This document shows, piece by piece, positions 27,215-41,079 of a stretch of 64,000 nt of DNA (position 1 is the stretch's first letter; every line of letters starts with the position of its first letter). The stretch is from Camelus dromedarius (taxonomy: Eukaryota): assembly GCF_036321535.1 (NCBI RefSeq), contig NC_087437.1, positions 87,918,001-87,982,000 of the forward strand. Direction: 5' to 3'. Under the pieces are notes generated by a model. That model was not told the DNA's origin, ran no database searches, and saw nothing but the letters and a program-made list of their open reading frames with translations. Made by a program: the position numbers and the translations under genes.

Positions 27215-27579
27215 AGTAGAAAATGGAAGCACTGGTTTAGTACTTTGATAAGATGTTATAGAATGGAAAGGAAAAGCAGTGCAGGCAGCGGAAACCCGTG
27301 TTCCAGTGTGAAAATGCAGCATTCCACCAGCATGGCAAGGTGAATCTGTGTCGCAACATCTCCACACTGTGGCCAGATCCAGAATCATTTACTACTCTGT
27401 GGGAATGCATGCTTTTCAGGTCTTAAGTAAGGGCAATGCACCCAAGCATTCTTCTGACAGTAAATGGAACGAATTTGAATAGTTTCTCGAAAATTAATCT
27501 TATTAGTCCACCTTAATCATCATGGCTTAACATCCTACCGTGGTTGCTTTTCTAATGGCCTGCTCCTCTGTTTTTCACC
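27215..27579 (-). pseudogene. Relic exon E8 (about 365 nt)
   Basis: Acceptor ttgcttttggatatgtgcag|G; end inferred at ATAAGT (a possible GTAAGT donor with G>A); several stops in all frames. Confidence 0.4.
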
Positions 27580-27920
27580 CTGCACATATCCAAAAGCAAT
27601 TTTTAAAAAAACTCAAATACATAATTTAGAAAAAGTAGGAACGATACTATATCTCTTTTCCTCTATTTTAGTAGTAATTTCCTTTATTAATCATTACCCT
27701 TTTCCCCAAAATTTATCTAATATACAATAAACTGGGTCCTAACCTTAAGCTGAAAATTAATAGTTATTTCAAAACTCTGTGCCACTGAATTGAATATGTA
27801 AGATTTACTGTTTTCATATATATTCATTTCAGAGGCCTTTGTGCACACCCCTCTTTTGAGTGAAATGTAAAGAGGTTCCCTAAATTAAGGAAAAAGGGAG
27901 AAAAATCTAGCTCAATTTAC

Positions 27921-28199
27921 CAATCCTCCTTGGTCAAGCCTTTTTGACAACAAAAAATTTTGAGTTGAAGCGAACTCTTAAAGCATCTGGCACTTGATAA
28001 TAAGTTTGACTGCTTTGTTTAAAAAGTATTAATCTATAAAATCCCTTGATTGATTTGTCTGTTAGTAATTTTACTACGTAATAGAGAAAAGCTATTTTGT
28101 TAACTAAATTCATTCGTTCTTCCTTCATCCAACAATGACAGCTTTCTATATTAGATTCTATAGATGGCAAAGTAAAGATTTTTTCCAAGTATGTACCTC
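27921..28199 (-). pseudogene. Relic exon E7 (279 nt)
   Basis: Acceptor cattgctccttccctctag|G, donor TTG|GTAAAT; one frame open for about 87 codons (track ORF 27934..28188). Confidence 0.6.
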
Positions 28200-29149
28200 C
28201 TAGAGGGAAGGAGCAATGTTACCATCTCCTTTTGTTTCCTCAACAGCTCCTAATGTAATTCAATATCTATAGTGGAGAATGACTGAAACAGGCAAATAAT
28301 TTTATAATTATTTTATTATGTGTTGGTCTTTGTAACTATATAATTCTGAGTCACCTGTGATGTGTTAACATGCCATGTGACTTTTATCTAGTTTCTTAAT
28401 CTTTCTGGGATTTTCATTACTCATATGTCAAGTGATGCAAATTAATTTTCTCTAAGGCCTCTTCCAGATTTAAGATGCTCTGATGATTCTGCAAGTTAAA
28501 ATAATAATTAATGTTTTTATTGTATTAATAATTATAATAAATAATAACAAACATATATGTTTAAACCAAATGCCAAATATTTAGGATTTACTATGACTTT
28601 TTTAGAGAAGTACTTTAAATAAAAAGTAACTGTGAGTCTGTAAAAATATGAACTAGACCATACAAATGTTGTAGATAAAAGACTTGAGTATGTGGAATAC
28701 CAAAATTATATCTGAGGGACTGATTATTTCAAATGCTGATAGATTAATTATTCTGATTAAAAGAAAACCACAAACTAATTCCATTAATTCCATAGATATA
28801 GCTAAAATAGGTGAACATAATAGACATTATCACTAAAATTACAGGAGAAAAGTCATATTTAAAACCTTAAAGCTTTGGAAAATGCCTCTGTCAATGGAAC
28901 TATTAGATTACACTTTATTATTCCTATAACTATTTCTGGAAATTATTGATGGTAAATGCCCTTAAAATGGGAAAATCCCTAGAACAGTGTTAAATAGAAA
29001 GGGAAATAAGAAACAATCAAAGAAATGGAACCGGATTACATTATTGATTAAAATTCTAGAAATGCTTAAAAACTAATTTATAATCAGAACTTTGTTAGAG
29101 TTTTTAAACAATGCATTACATTTTTGGCCATTCTTTTAAAATCACTCTG

Positions 29150-29950
29150 TCAACAGGCACCAGTGACCTTTGAATCATTAAATTCAGTTCTAGTTCTTCA
29201 CCTGGCTTCGTGATGCTGTAACCACCTACTTAGTTCCTTTCTTAGCACTGCTTATGCAACTCCTCCTCATTCTCTTTCAGCATCCTAAAAATAGTCATTC
29301 CAAAAGATTCCATCTCACCAATGTTTTCTTGTTTCCTTTGGATGCTAAGTGTCTTTTAATATCACCATTTACCAGATGCACAGTTCTCAGCTACCTTCTC
29401 GATATCTTTATAAGGAACAGATAAAACTTAATGTGTTGAAAACTGAACTTTCTTTCCAAAATCAGCTCATCCTCCTGATATTTCTGTTGCTATTAATGAG
29501 TTTGGCGTTATCTGTGAATCTTACTTATCATCCCCATACCCCATGCTCAATTAGACTCTGAATCTTTTCATTCTTATCTCAGTATTCATTCTCACACCCA
29601 TCTTTTCTTTCCCACTTCCAGTGCCACCCTCCTAGCTACAGGTACCTCTCCATCATCTCTTGCCTGGAATATTGCAGTGGTTTCTTAAATGTGCTTCACA
29701 TATCAAATTCATCATTGTTACAATCCAAGTCTTGATTTATTGTGTACCATTTTAGTATTTCTAAAGCAGACACCAAATCTTATAATTCCCTTCTAAAAAG
29801 CCCTAAATATCTTCCCACTGTATGTGAACAAATATAAAACCCTAGTGGTCAATGCTTTTCCTGAGCTTCCTAAATTGCATTTCCTGCTGTTCTTTACCTG
29901 TCTCCACATAAGTGGAACTGAGCCATCTTTGATTCTCTAAGTTGGCTGCT
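29150..29950 (+). mobile_element. L2 fragment
   Basis: caccagtgacctt..., aaacttaatgtgttgaaaactgaact, ccatcatctcttgcctggaatattgcagtgg. Confidence 0.55.
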
Positions 29951-30129
29951 AGTTTCAGGGCAGAAGCTCATGGTGTTACCTTCCCCGCTGGTGCCATCCT
30001 TACTTCCATCCTGGCCTTTCATCCCTTTGCTTCTCTGACTGGCTTGTTACCTTCCTTGATTCCCTCCAAAGTTGATTTCCCCACCCTCCCCCAACTCTTA
30101 GAGTTCTTCAAAACACATGTATTTTTGAA

Positions 30130-31880
30130 ATAATTCAAATATATATAAGAATACATAGAAAGAGAAATATAACTAAGAAATAAAGAATTAAAAACATAGT
30201 TGAGAACATTGGTATACCCTTTCCCAAAGGAATTACTCTCTCACTCTCTCAGTGGTAACCATAATCATAATTTGGTACTTCTCATTCATGTGCATTCTTT
30301 ATAACTTACATATGTACATATAAACATATATTTATATAGAAATATATAGATGTATATTCCTAATTATATGCATATTCTGTATATTTCTAGATAATATATA
30401 ATAGTTTTTTAATTTTTTTAATCTATTAAAGTTATCTCATTATGCTGTGTATCTTATCCTGTGACTTAGGGGGACTTTGTGAGGGTGGGGAGGTGATCAA
30501 CATTCAGCCTTGCTGAGACATGTGATCCTAAACTCATTGATTTTTACTAATATAGAGTGTTTCATCATCATAATACACAATTTTTAATCCATTCTCTGTG
30601 TCGATAGACATTCAAACTGCTTCCACTTTTTTTGACTATTAAAAGCAAAATTGCCAAAGCCATTTCCTTGTACATATATTTGAGAGGATTTTACTGAGTT
30701 TATATACCTAGAAGTTAAATCATGGAGTTGTAGGATTTGTTCCAGTATTCACTCCCAGCATTATTCCCGTTGTTCCACATTCTCATCAAAACCTGGTGTT
30801 TTCAGAGCTTTTAAATTTTTATTAATCTGAGAGATACAACTTCTTTTTTACTGTGGTTTTAATCTACTCGCCAGATTATTGATTAACTTGAACAAGTTTA
30901 TCAGTCACTTGTCTTTCTTCTCCTAAAAATTGCCTATTCATCTATTTTACCAATTTTAAATTGAGTTTATCTTTTCCTTACATATATTTTAAGATTTTTA
31001 AAAATTCTGGATGCTAGTCTTTATCACACTTACATTTTCAAGTATCTTTGTTCAACTTTGGCTTATCTTTGTGGGTTTTTTATGTTTTCATTAGATAAAC
31101 AGAATTTTTAAAATATTATTATAGCTAATATTGATTGTGTCCAATAATGCCTCACACAAATTAAATAATTGTGTGTGTTTGTAATTGATTTAACCATTTT
31201 CCCCCTTGTGGTTTGTGCTATTATGTCTTGTCTAAGAAATACTTCTTGGGCAGGGAGAGCATAGCTTATTGGTAGAGTACATGCTTAGCATGCATGAGAT
31301 CCTAGGTTCAGTCCCCATTATCTCTGTAAAAATAAACAAACAAACAAGCAAAAAACCTAATTACCCCTCCCCCCCCAAAAAAAGCTATTAAAAAAAGAAC
31401 TACTACTTTATCTGTGGTCATATGTGTTATCCTTTATTATCTTCTAAGGGATGAAGTTTTTGCCTTTCTCATTTGGTTGTTAAGCCATATGGAAGTGACT
31501 TCTATAGGGGTTGGACTGGTCATGTGTTTTCACATGGATCATCAGTGATATTATTAGCTAAAAAAAATTTTATCAAGTCTATTTTTTTCTTTTAGCCAGC
31601 AATTTAATCCATTTACTTTTATTATGGCTACTGATCTATTTGGACTTATTGCTAATATTTTATTTTGTGCTTTCCAATTGTTCTGATTTTTTTCATGAAT
31701 GTTAACCTCATTTTCTGTTAACTTCATGAGTCCCTTTATTTTTCTTTATGGAAATTGTAAATTCAGTTTATTTGGTCACTGGTCACTTTTAAAATTGTAA
31801 CATGTAAAATTACATAAATTCATAAGTTAATCAATATCTCTATCCTCCTCCTAAGAAACTAGAGGATTTTAAATATCTTG
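30130..31880 (-). mobile_element. Old L1ME-like fragment
   Basis: atccattctctgtgtcgatagacatt...tatatacctagaag...ccacattctcatcaaaac; T-rich decayed L1 3' region. Confidence 0.6.
31248..31397 (+). mobile_element. tRNA-Ala-derived camelid SINE (vic-1-like), long form
   Basis: gagagcatagcttattggtagagtacatgcttagcatgcatgagatcctaggttcagtcccc...aaacctaattacccctcccc; degenerate TSD aagaaatacttctt / aagaactactactt. Confidence 0.8.
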
Positions 31881-33885
31881 TTGATCATATTTCCAGAAAA
31901 GAAACTCTAAATAGTACTTGCTACTTCCTTTATAGCTTGTACCTTTAACTTCCTAATAGTATCATTATTTTATTACATAGCATCCACTAGATTATAAATT
32001 CCTTTAGAATATACGTACATCCTACAATTTTTTTTCTCCCCCATACTACCATTAAAGAATACTAACATAAAGAAACTGTCTGTAATACAACTGCTGTGGA
32101 AGATTTATGGCTGGCTGGCCTAATTTCTCCTGGAGGACACCAAACCTGTAATGTTTCAAGCTTTGGGTGATATAAAAATAAAATGAATTAAACAGGTTAG
32201 GTTGATGTCATTAAGGTATCACTTACTATATTTACCTAGAGTAAAAGAATTAGGAGAGCAGGATGTCATAGATTTCAAGGGAATAAAAAGTTTCAAGGAA
32301 ATTCCAGCTCTATTAAGTCAGCAAAAAAGAGCTAACAAAAAAAAAAAAAAAAAAAAACCTCAACTTTTTTCTTTTTAATTTGCAGTTAGAATGGTCACCA
32401 ATGATCTTGTTGAGAGGAATTTTCAGTGGAATAGTTTGAGCAGAAGACAAATTGCAGTAGGTTAAATAAAAGTGACATGAATAAAAGGAAACAGAGTATG
32501 GTTTCCAGAAGCTTAGATGTGACAGGAGAGAATTAAGTAGAATTAAGAATATCTGATAGCTTTATTTTCAGATATTGAGCACATTTTAAATTTGGTAACC
32601 AGCATCTTTCGTGGAACTCTCCAGGCATGGAGGATAATTGGAAGTTTCCTCGTATACATATAATCTCTTGCTTACTCACTGGTAACATGAAAGCTAGAGT
32701 TATGTCTTTTCATTTTTGCACACTGCACATACCTAACACAGTATCTTACACACAGACAGTGCTCAATACCTATCTGATGAGGAAACCAGTTTCCTTGTTG
32801 TCCTCATCCCTCCTCATCCCAAATGATTCCTAACGGTAGCATTTTATATGCTTTGCCAATTATGAGTAAAGTTAATTCCTTCAGGTTGCTGATCCAAGGC
32901 TATTATGAAGGGAAGACTTTCTTCAACCCTATATGTAATATATAAGTGAAAAATACACATATCATTCCTGGATTATACTTTCACCTGTATCCTCAAGGCT
33001 GAGTAAATGAGTTTCTAGGAGTAAAGTGTTAGCAAATGTAACAGGCACTGAGATGATTATAGGCCCCTTGTCAATCAGGGAAGATTTTACCATGCCCGCA
33101 CAACTATTTATTTATCCCAGCTGAACTCAGGTATTAGGATAATTGAGTTTTCCTTTATCAGTAAAAAATTCTAAACTCTCATCTGCATGGTAAAAGACAT
33201 ATATTCACATATTCATTTTTCTATCTAGTCAAAAGCTCAATTCAGGTGGGCAGGTTGTGTAAGGTTCCTGTGTGTTTATATTTAGAAGCGTAAAGCGGTG
33301 AAGCATGAAGTGTCAAGTACATGACATAGAAGTGGACTTGCCACCCATTTCTTCAAATCCTAACGTTTTATACCCCTATGGCTCTTAGTAATTATGTCTT
33401 CAGGTAACTAGGACCATAGCCTTGGGCTCTAATAGATTTAACATGGGTCAAAGATTTTCAAAATGAATCCCTAGACATCAGTTTTACCACAGAACAATGA
33501 AATGCACATTTCTTGAGGGGCTATGAGGGAGGCAGCGATCTGTGTTACAACAAGCCCTCCAGATAATATAAATACACACTAAAGGCCGAGAGCCACTGCT
33601 CTGGTGGGTGAAATGGGTTCAAATTACAAAGTGGCAGATTTCCATTCAACACAAGATTTTTATAAAATATGTATGTTACTTCTATATGTATTTTTAAATA
33701 ATTTCTTTAGGAAAATTTCTTAACAAGTTTAAAAATCGTCTGCATAATGATCCCCATTTACCACTCACCCAGCTAAAACAACCATAATTTTTTCAATAAT
33801 TACTTAATCTATTCTTTCTAATCTTGTTAGATGTAACAATAGTATAATTGTTTTGTTAGCAAATTCCCCCTCCATAAAAAAAATA

Positions 33886-34948
33886 CAGTAGTCCACTCTT
33901 ATCCATGGTTCCAATTTCTGAGGTTTCTGTTACCCAAGTTCAACATGTAACAATATTACAAAAATATTAAATGGAAAATTCCAGGAATAAACAATACCTG
34001 AGTTTTAAATTGTGTGCCATTCTGAACAGCATGATGAAATCAGCCCATTCCTCTCTGAGGGTGAATCATCCCTTTGTCAAGAGTATCCCACAAGGGATAG
34101 ATTAGGCTTTGGGATTTACAGATTTGCATCACTATATATAAAATAGATAAACAACAAGGACCTACTGTATAGCACAAGGAACTTAACTCCATAATGGAAA
34201 AGAAACTGAAAAAATACATATGTATGTATGTATGTATGTGTATATGTATAACCAAATCGCTTTGCTGTACACCTGAAACTAACATTGTAAATCAACTACA
34301 CTCAGTTAAAAAAAAAGACTAAAAAAATGAGTATTCCACCCTTTAGTCACTTAGTAGCCATCTCAGTTATCAGATTGACTGTCATGGTATCTCAGTGCTT
34401 GTGTTAAAGTAACCCTATTTTTACTTAGTAATGGCCCCAAAGCACAAGAGCAATGATGCTGGCAATTTGGATACATCAAAGAGAAGCCATGAGGTGCTTC
34501 CTTTAAGTAAAAAGGTGAACATTCTTAACTAAATAAAGAAAGAAAATTGAATGCCAAGGTTGCTAGTATCTAACCTTCATAGATAGCACAAAATTGTGAA
34601 GCAGGAGAAATTTGGGCTAGTTTTGCTGATACTCCTCAAACTGCAAAAGTTACCCTCACAGCGTGTGATAATGCCTCTTACATTTTAACCAAGCACTTAA
34701 TTTTATTCAGTAAGATATTTAGAGAAAGACCGCATTCACATAATTTTTATTACAGTATATTGTGATAAGTGTTCTATTTCATTCTTAGCTATTTTTGTTA
34801 ATCTCTTACTGTGCCTAATTTATAATTAAACATCATAGGTATGTATGTATAAGAAAAACAGTATATATGGGACTCAGGGATATGCCTGGTTTCAGGCACC
34901 CACTAGAAGTCTTAGGATGAATCTCCTGTGGATAAAGGAGGACTACTG
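33886..34948. mobile_element. TcMar-Tigger (MER44-like) element with a nested L1 tail
   Basis: Terminal inverted repeats CAGTAGTCC...GGACTACTG, each flanked by TA. Confidence 0.8.
34092..34326 (+). mobile_element. 5'-truncated L1 3' UTR insertion
   Basis: aaatagataaacaacaaggacctactgtatagcac...gctgtacacctgaaactaacattgtaaatcaactac plus an A tail; TSD-like gagtatcccac / gagtattccac. Confidence 0.8.
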
Positions 34949-35576
34949 TATTAATTAAAGTATTTAAGGGTGAAATAACGTATCTGGGATTTGCTTTAAA
35001 AAAAGAAAGAATTTTTAATTATAGTTGCCTGCACATTAAATAAGCTATCTATGGAGATAGTGACCTCCCTCTTACCGAATATGTTCTGAGAAATTGGGGT
35101 GACTATCTGTAAAAAATTCTATAGAAGGAATTTATTCATTACTTTTTAGAGAGGAATAGATAATTTCTTAAGATCTCTTCAAACTCTAAACCATATAATT
35201 ATATGATGAAATGCATTATTTATATTAAATGGGATTTTAATTGAAGATATTTAAATTACCAAGATAAATTTCTTATTGAAATCATGAGTAATAGAAAAAT
35301 ATAAATAAATATCTATTCATATGTAAATGCTAGACATAAATAATGTCTAACTAAAAGCCTATTTATATATTATAATTATATTAGAAATACCGTTTTCAAA
35401 TTATTAAACCAAATCTTACATATAATCACTATAATCATCATTTACCAATACAAGAGGCACTATATAAACATATGTACATTACAAACTAGTGAAGAAAATA
35501 CCCCACATTCATGAAACTCAGTGAAATTCATAGGCAGATATAAAATAAATGTTATTGAATAATTGACCGTACTCAC

Positions 35577-35727
35577 AAACGCCAACTTTGTGGTTCAAGG
35601 ACAGGGGGGCCCCCTTTGAAGAACATAACAGGGAGATTGCATTTCCCGTGAAGCGCAGAAGACATCTAGATCTGAGATGATGGCGGCATTTTACCTTTTT
35701 CTAATGTCAATTGATTAGGAATGGTGC
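35577..35727 (-). pseudogene. Relic exon E6 (151 nt)
   Basis: Acceptor atattttttccag|G, donor TTT|GTGAGT; a more GC/CpG-rich block inside very AT-rich flanks; best frame has 1 stop. Confidence 0.6.
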
Positions 35728-36906
35728 CTGGAAAAAATATATTCAAGAATGTGTGACCTCCTTTGAGCTCAGTGGGAAAGAATTAGAAGATTGATTACTG
35801 GTGTCCACTATGGGTTGGGGGTAAAAGAGGGTTGGGGAGTTTGGAATAAAGTATTTGCCAATCCTGTGTAGACCATTAAACATTGACTTCCTACAAACCT
35901 TTTCTCTCCTATCTCTACCACCTGATTAGCTATAAAATCCCATTCATACTTAAATTGTTAGCCATTCCTCCAGAATACATCCTACTCCAACAAAATGATG
36001 GTTATTTTGCATGGGCAAAATCCCTGTTTTGGGGTTTTTTTAGATTTGTGTAAGATAGGGTGGCATTCCAGAACTTCCTTTCAGATAGCCATTGTCCATC
36101 ATCAGTATAGTATTAATAAAGAGGAATTAAAGGTCAACCCAGAAAACACTAATTTGGGAAAGAGAAACAGAATGATACTGATAACAGTAGTGCCTCCCCC
36201 TGCCAAAACATAAATGGCTGATTCAGTGTCTCTTCTCTCTGGGATCAATGATGCCCTTGACGACTCCTGCAAAATTTCTCCTTGTTGCAGCCACTGGCAC
36301 AGCCGTTAACTCCCACTGTTGGCAACTGCCCCAGCATCCCCTCTAGTCCTTGCACAGGCAGCCTCTCCTGGCATAGATGACTCCCCTCATCACAATTATA
36401 TTATTCCTTGTGGTAGAGCTGTGAGTGAGGAGAACATGGCAAGTCTTGTTCAGAAAGACATGGTACACACCATACCCAGAAACTTAGTTCTTGATAACAG
36501 AGAAGCCAGACAATAAGGAAATTCTTATATAATTCTGAAAGCAAGGCCAAGACTTCCCAAGTTAAGGTTTGCTGATCCCCCAAGGCCAGTGAAGCTTTTT
36601 ATACTAAGTTACATAAAGTATCTTTTTTGGTAAATGTCTTAAGGGGCCTCTGCTATGAATAGTCTCTCTTGACTTTCTTGCTCAAGGTCTGACTTGAAGA
36701 TGTTGTTTTCTCTGCAGCCTCCTCAAGTAGAATCGTAGGAAAGAAAATATCTTTTCTTATCAGTCAGCATGGAAGTGACCATTCTTCCTCACTCCTCCCT
36801 GAAAACTCTCAGCTCTGAATCTCAAGCCCCCAGACTATGCAAAGCAATGCACTCCTTGTTGCAGTCATTTACATATCGTTGGCCACTCCCCTGGTGTAAG
36901 AATTTT

Positions 36907-39900
36907 ATTTTTTTTATTGAAGTATAGTTGAATTATATTATTGTGTTAGTTTCAGCTGTACAGCAAAGTAATTTGGTTAGTTTTTCAGCTTATATTCCAT
37001 TATAGGTTATTACAAGATATTGAATATAATTTCCTGTGCTGTATAATAAATCCTCGTTGCTTATCTGTTTTATGTGTAGTAGTTTGTACCTGTTAATTCT
37101 TGTTTCTAATTGGCCCCTCCCTTTCTCCTTTGGCAACAGTAATTTTGTTTTCTTAGTCTGTGAGTCTGCTTCTGTTTTGTATATAGATTTATTTGTATTA
37201 TTTTTTAGATTCCACACATAAACAATATTGTACAGTATTTGTCTTTCTCTGTCTGACTTACTTCACTAAGTGTAATATTCTCTATGAGTATTTCATTCTT
37301 TTTATGGATGAGCATTTTCAGCACTTACTGCCATTTTATTCCTTAGTTTCCAATTGTTTTTATAGTTCTTCGTTCATTTTTTCTTTTTGTTTTTCCTCTT
37401 GTGGTTTGATAATTTTCTTTTGTATTATCTTGAGTATCTTTCTTTTTGGTTTTTGTAAATCTGTTGTAGGCTTTGATTTAATTACTTTGGATTCATGTTT
37501 GTTGATACATAATTAATGCTACTTACTTTAAACTGGTAGTCACTCAAATTCAAACACATTCTAAAAGATACACATTTTTATACTCTCCTCCCTCACATTT
37601 TGTGATTTTGATGTCCTATTTTACATCTTCATGCTTATTCATTTACTGTTAATTATAGCTATAATCACTTTTACAATTTTTTGATTATTGTTTAATATAA
37701 CGGCTTATTTAAGTGGCCTTCAATCCTTTTTTATTATCTGTCTTTTGTATAGTGATTTTCTCTTTCCTATAGATTCTTACTTCTTTTCTATTTAGAGAAG
37801 ACCCTTTGATATTTCTTTTAGGGTAGGTTTAGTATTGCTGAATTCTTCTAGTTTTTCCTTGTCTGAGAAATTTTTTCTCTCTCCTTCTATTCTAAATGAA
37901 AATCTTGGTAGGTAAAGTATCTTACACTACAAGTTTTTCCTATTCAGGACTTTAATATATCTTGCCACTCCCTTCTGCCCTGTAAACTTTCTGCAGAGAA
38001 ATCAATTGATAGACTTATGAGGGTTCCCTTATAAAGGCTCTTTGTTTTTCTCTTGCTGCCTTTAGAATCTTCTCTTTTTTGTTAACTTTTGCCATTTTAA
38101 TTATGTTTCATTTGGGTCTGTTTGATTTCATCTTGTTTGGGACCCTCTGTACTTCCTGTACCTGGATATTTGTTACCTTCTTCAGGTTTGGGAATTTTTC
38201 AGCCATAATTTATTTACATTTTTGATCCCCTTTTCTGTCTCTTATCCTTCTGAAAAACCTATTATGCATAAGTTGGCACATTTTGTATTATTACTTAGAT
38301 CTCATCTGTTGCATTCTTTTTTTTTTGTTTTTTGTTTTTTGTTTTTTGTTTTCTTTTGATTTGATTTTGTCAGTCTGTCTGCTATTCTGATTGGGTGATT
38401 TCCATTATTCTGTCTTCCAGGTCACTTATTCATTCTTCTGTGCCACTTAGTCTGCTGTTCATTGCTTCTAGATTGTTTATCTCAGCTATTGAATTGCCTG
38501 ATTTTGATTGTTTCTTCTTTATAGTTTCTAGTTCCTTATTACAGTGATCTGCATTTCTATTGATAGTCTTTCTTAATTCATTTAGCGTTTTTATTGCTTC
38601 CTTTTTGAGTTTGAGTTCTAGTAGACTGGTGAGGTCTGTTTAATTATTTGTTCTTTCAGGGGCTTTCTCTTGTTTTTTCAATTGAGAGTTGTTCCTCTGC
38701 CTTTTCATTTTACCTCACTTTCTGTCTTTATGAATTTAGGAGAAACAGTTATCTACAGTGGTCTTGGAGGGGTGTTTTTCTGTGTGAACATCTCTGTGTA
38801 GGCTGTTTGTCCAGTGTTTTTGCAAGGGCTAGTTTTGGTATGGACACCAGCCATATCTTTCCTCAGAGTGTGCTGGCCATTATCCTCTTGATAGGGAGTG
38901 TGGTTGGTGTGGGGGGATTTAAAGCCTGTGATTTGCTCTCTCTGCTCTGGCTGTCACTGCCCTGTTGGAGATGGGTTCTGCTCCCCAGTTGTTGGAGCAG
39001 AAGCCCCGAGGGTCAGGTTTAATAAAGATCCATTGCCCTCAAGTGAGAGGCCCGCCGCAAAGGTGGGATACTGAAGCAGATGAGGCCTGTGTGGTCACAG
39101 AGGACCTATATGCTGCCTGTGTAGGTGTCCATGTTCTACTCAGAAGCAGCCCAAATACATGTCCCATTTTCTATTGTGTTTACCCCAGATCTAGCAATGC
39201 TGTGGGGTGGAGGAGGCTATGATGGGGGTCAGGGTGTTGTGGCTGCAGAAATTGAGGTGACTATGCTGCTGACTGAGATTTGGGCTGCCTCTGTGGCAGA
39301 ATTCTGCCAGGTCCTGTCTGCCTTAGACCCGGTGCTAAGCTGCAGAGTGGAGTAGGCAGAGCCAGAGGGCTCTCACTGGTAAACGAATTGCTATGTACTC
39401 CTGTCCAGGGCATGTCTGCCCCGACATTCAGCACCTGGCTACTGCTCCCTCTTGTGGCACTGCGTGGTGCAGGGGTTGGCAATGGGTTCTGAGGCTAGAC
39501 TGACCCACTGCCCCGTGTGCATGCTTACAATGGCCTCCACAGTTTCACCCATATCACACCCCAGGCACCCCATCTGTCTCTACGTAGCTAGACCAAATCT
39601 TTGCCCATATCTCACACCAAACTGTGGTGTGGAGTGAGTAGTCAGGGCGTTCACCCTTTCAGATTGGGAAGTGAAGCCAAACAGCAGCTACCAAAGCAAG
39701 ATTTTCTGCCCTGATTGTTAGCAAGCCAGCGCTAGCACACTCCTTGCTTCTCCAGCCCTTCTACCTGTCTCAGCAGATTTCCCAGCAGGCAAGGGAGATT
39801 GTCTTCTTTGCACAGGACCCCAGGAATGGTATGCCCAGATTGTGGCTCAGCCTGCTCACTCCCCAAGGTGAAGATGTGCCCAGTCTTACATTCTCTTCCT

Positions 39901-40128
39901 TAGAGATCCCTCCCAGGAGCATAGGTCCCAACCCAATGCCTTTTTCTCTTTTCTGTCCTTATCAGTTATGTGGAGATCTTTCTTACAGCTTTGGTTGTAT
40001 AGAAGTTCTTCTACCAGTTTCCAGTTAGTTTTCTGTGACAGTCATTCCACATGTAGATGTGTTTTTGATGTGATTGTGGGGAGAGGTGAGCTCTGCATCC
40101 TCCTACTCTACCAGGTTGATCCCCCTTC
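36907..40128 (-). mobile_element. L1 with 5' UTR, decayed ORF1 and 3' UTR but almost no ORF2
   Basis: 12-bp TSD tgtaagaatttt (36895-36906, 40129-40140); GC-richer 5' UTR about 38750-40128; ORF2-start-like aataaaatggcagtaag near 37330 joined to the 3' UTR near 37285. Confidence 0.8.
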
Positions 40129-40273
40129 TGTAAGAATTTTTAATCTTGGTTCACTGTTGCTTCCTCTAACACTTTTCCTCTGATTTCATAGCTGATCACT
40201 CCAATAACCAACAACTACACAGTTCTTGTCCTTCTCTACTCCAGTGATCTGAATCCCACTCTCTCTACCCATC

Positions 40274-40625
40274 TGCTATGGCCTAAATTGTGTGCTCCTG
40301 AAATTTATACACTAAAGCCCTCCCCCTAATGTGATGGTATTTGGAGGTGGGGACCTTGGGGAAGGAATTAGGTTTGGATTATGTCATGAGAATGAACCTC
40401 TCATGATGAGATTAGTGCTCTCATAAGAAGACACCAGAAAGCTTGATTCCATTCTTTCTCTGCCCACACACACCAAGGAGAGGTTGTGTGAGAATATGGA
40501 GAGGTAATCCTCTGCACTGGCTCTGCTGACACTTTAATCTTGGACTTCCAGTCTCCAGAACTATGAGAAATAAATTCCTATTTTTAAAGTCACCCAGTCC
40601 ATGGTATTTTGATGTGGCAGCCTAT
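40274..40625 (+). mobile_element. MaLR LTR (MLT1A/B-like)
   Basis: tgctatggcctaaattgtg...aatgtgatggtatttggaggtgggg...tcttggacttccagtctccagaactatgagaaataaatt. Confidence 0.8.
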
Positions 40626-40629
40626 GTAG

Positions 40630-40855
40630 TCTCTGCACTCAATTCCAATGTGTGTGGAGGGTTGTGTTTTGTTTTTTGTTTTCTCACACCAACAACATTT
40701 CTCCAACACCAGTTGGGTGTTCTAGAATTTAACTCAATTCTGGTACTATCAGATAGCATCATATACCACAGGTAAAGGGCTCAGTTCCACAACACTGCCC
40801 CCCACCTCAGATGCTAATTGCAAGCCCACGTTGTTATGTGGCTCACATCTACATA
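40630..40855. mobile_element. MER21-like LTR fragment
   Basis: tctccaacaccagttgggtgttc...ccacaggtaaagggctcagttccacaacactgccccc. Confidence 0.65.
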
Positions 40856-41079
40856 GGCCTGACTGTTCAATAGAAATTATTCTAAGCCCTTTACATAAAT
40901 TAACTAACTTAATTCTCATTCCAACAGTATACACCAGGAACCATTTTTATCCTCATTTTGCAAATAAGAGACTGGAGTCATAAAGAGGTAAAATAACAGC
41001 CCCTGGTCATATAGCCAGTGACTGGGCAAGCTTGTTTCTTCAATTCTTCACTATAGTGCTTCCTCCTGTGCTACATTGA

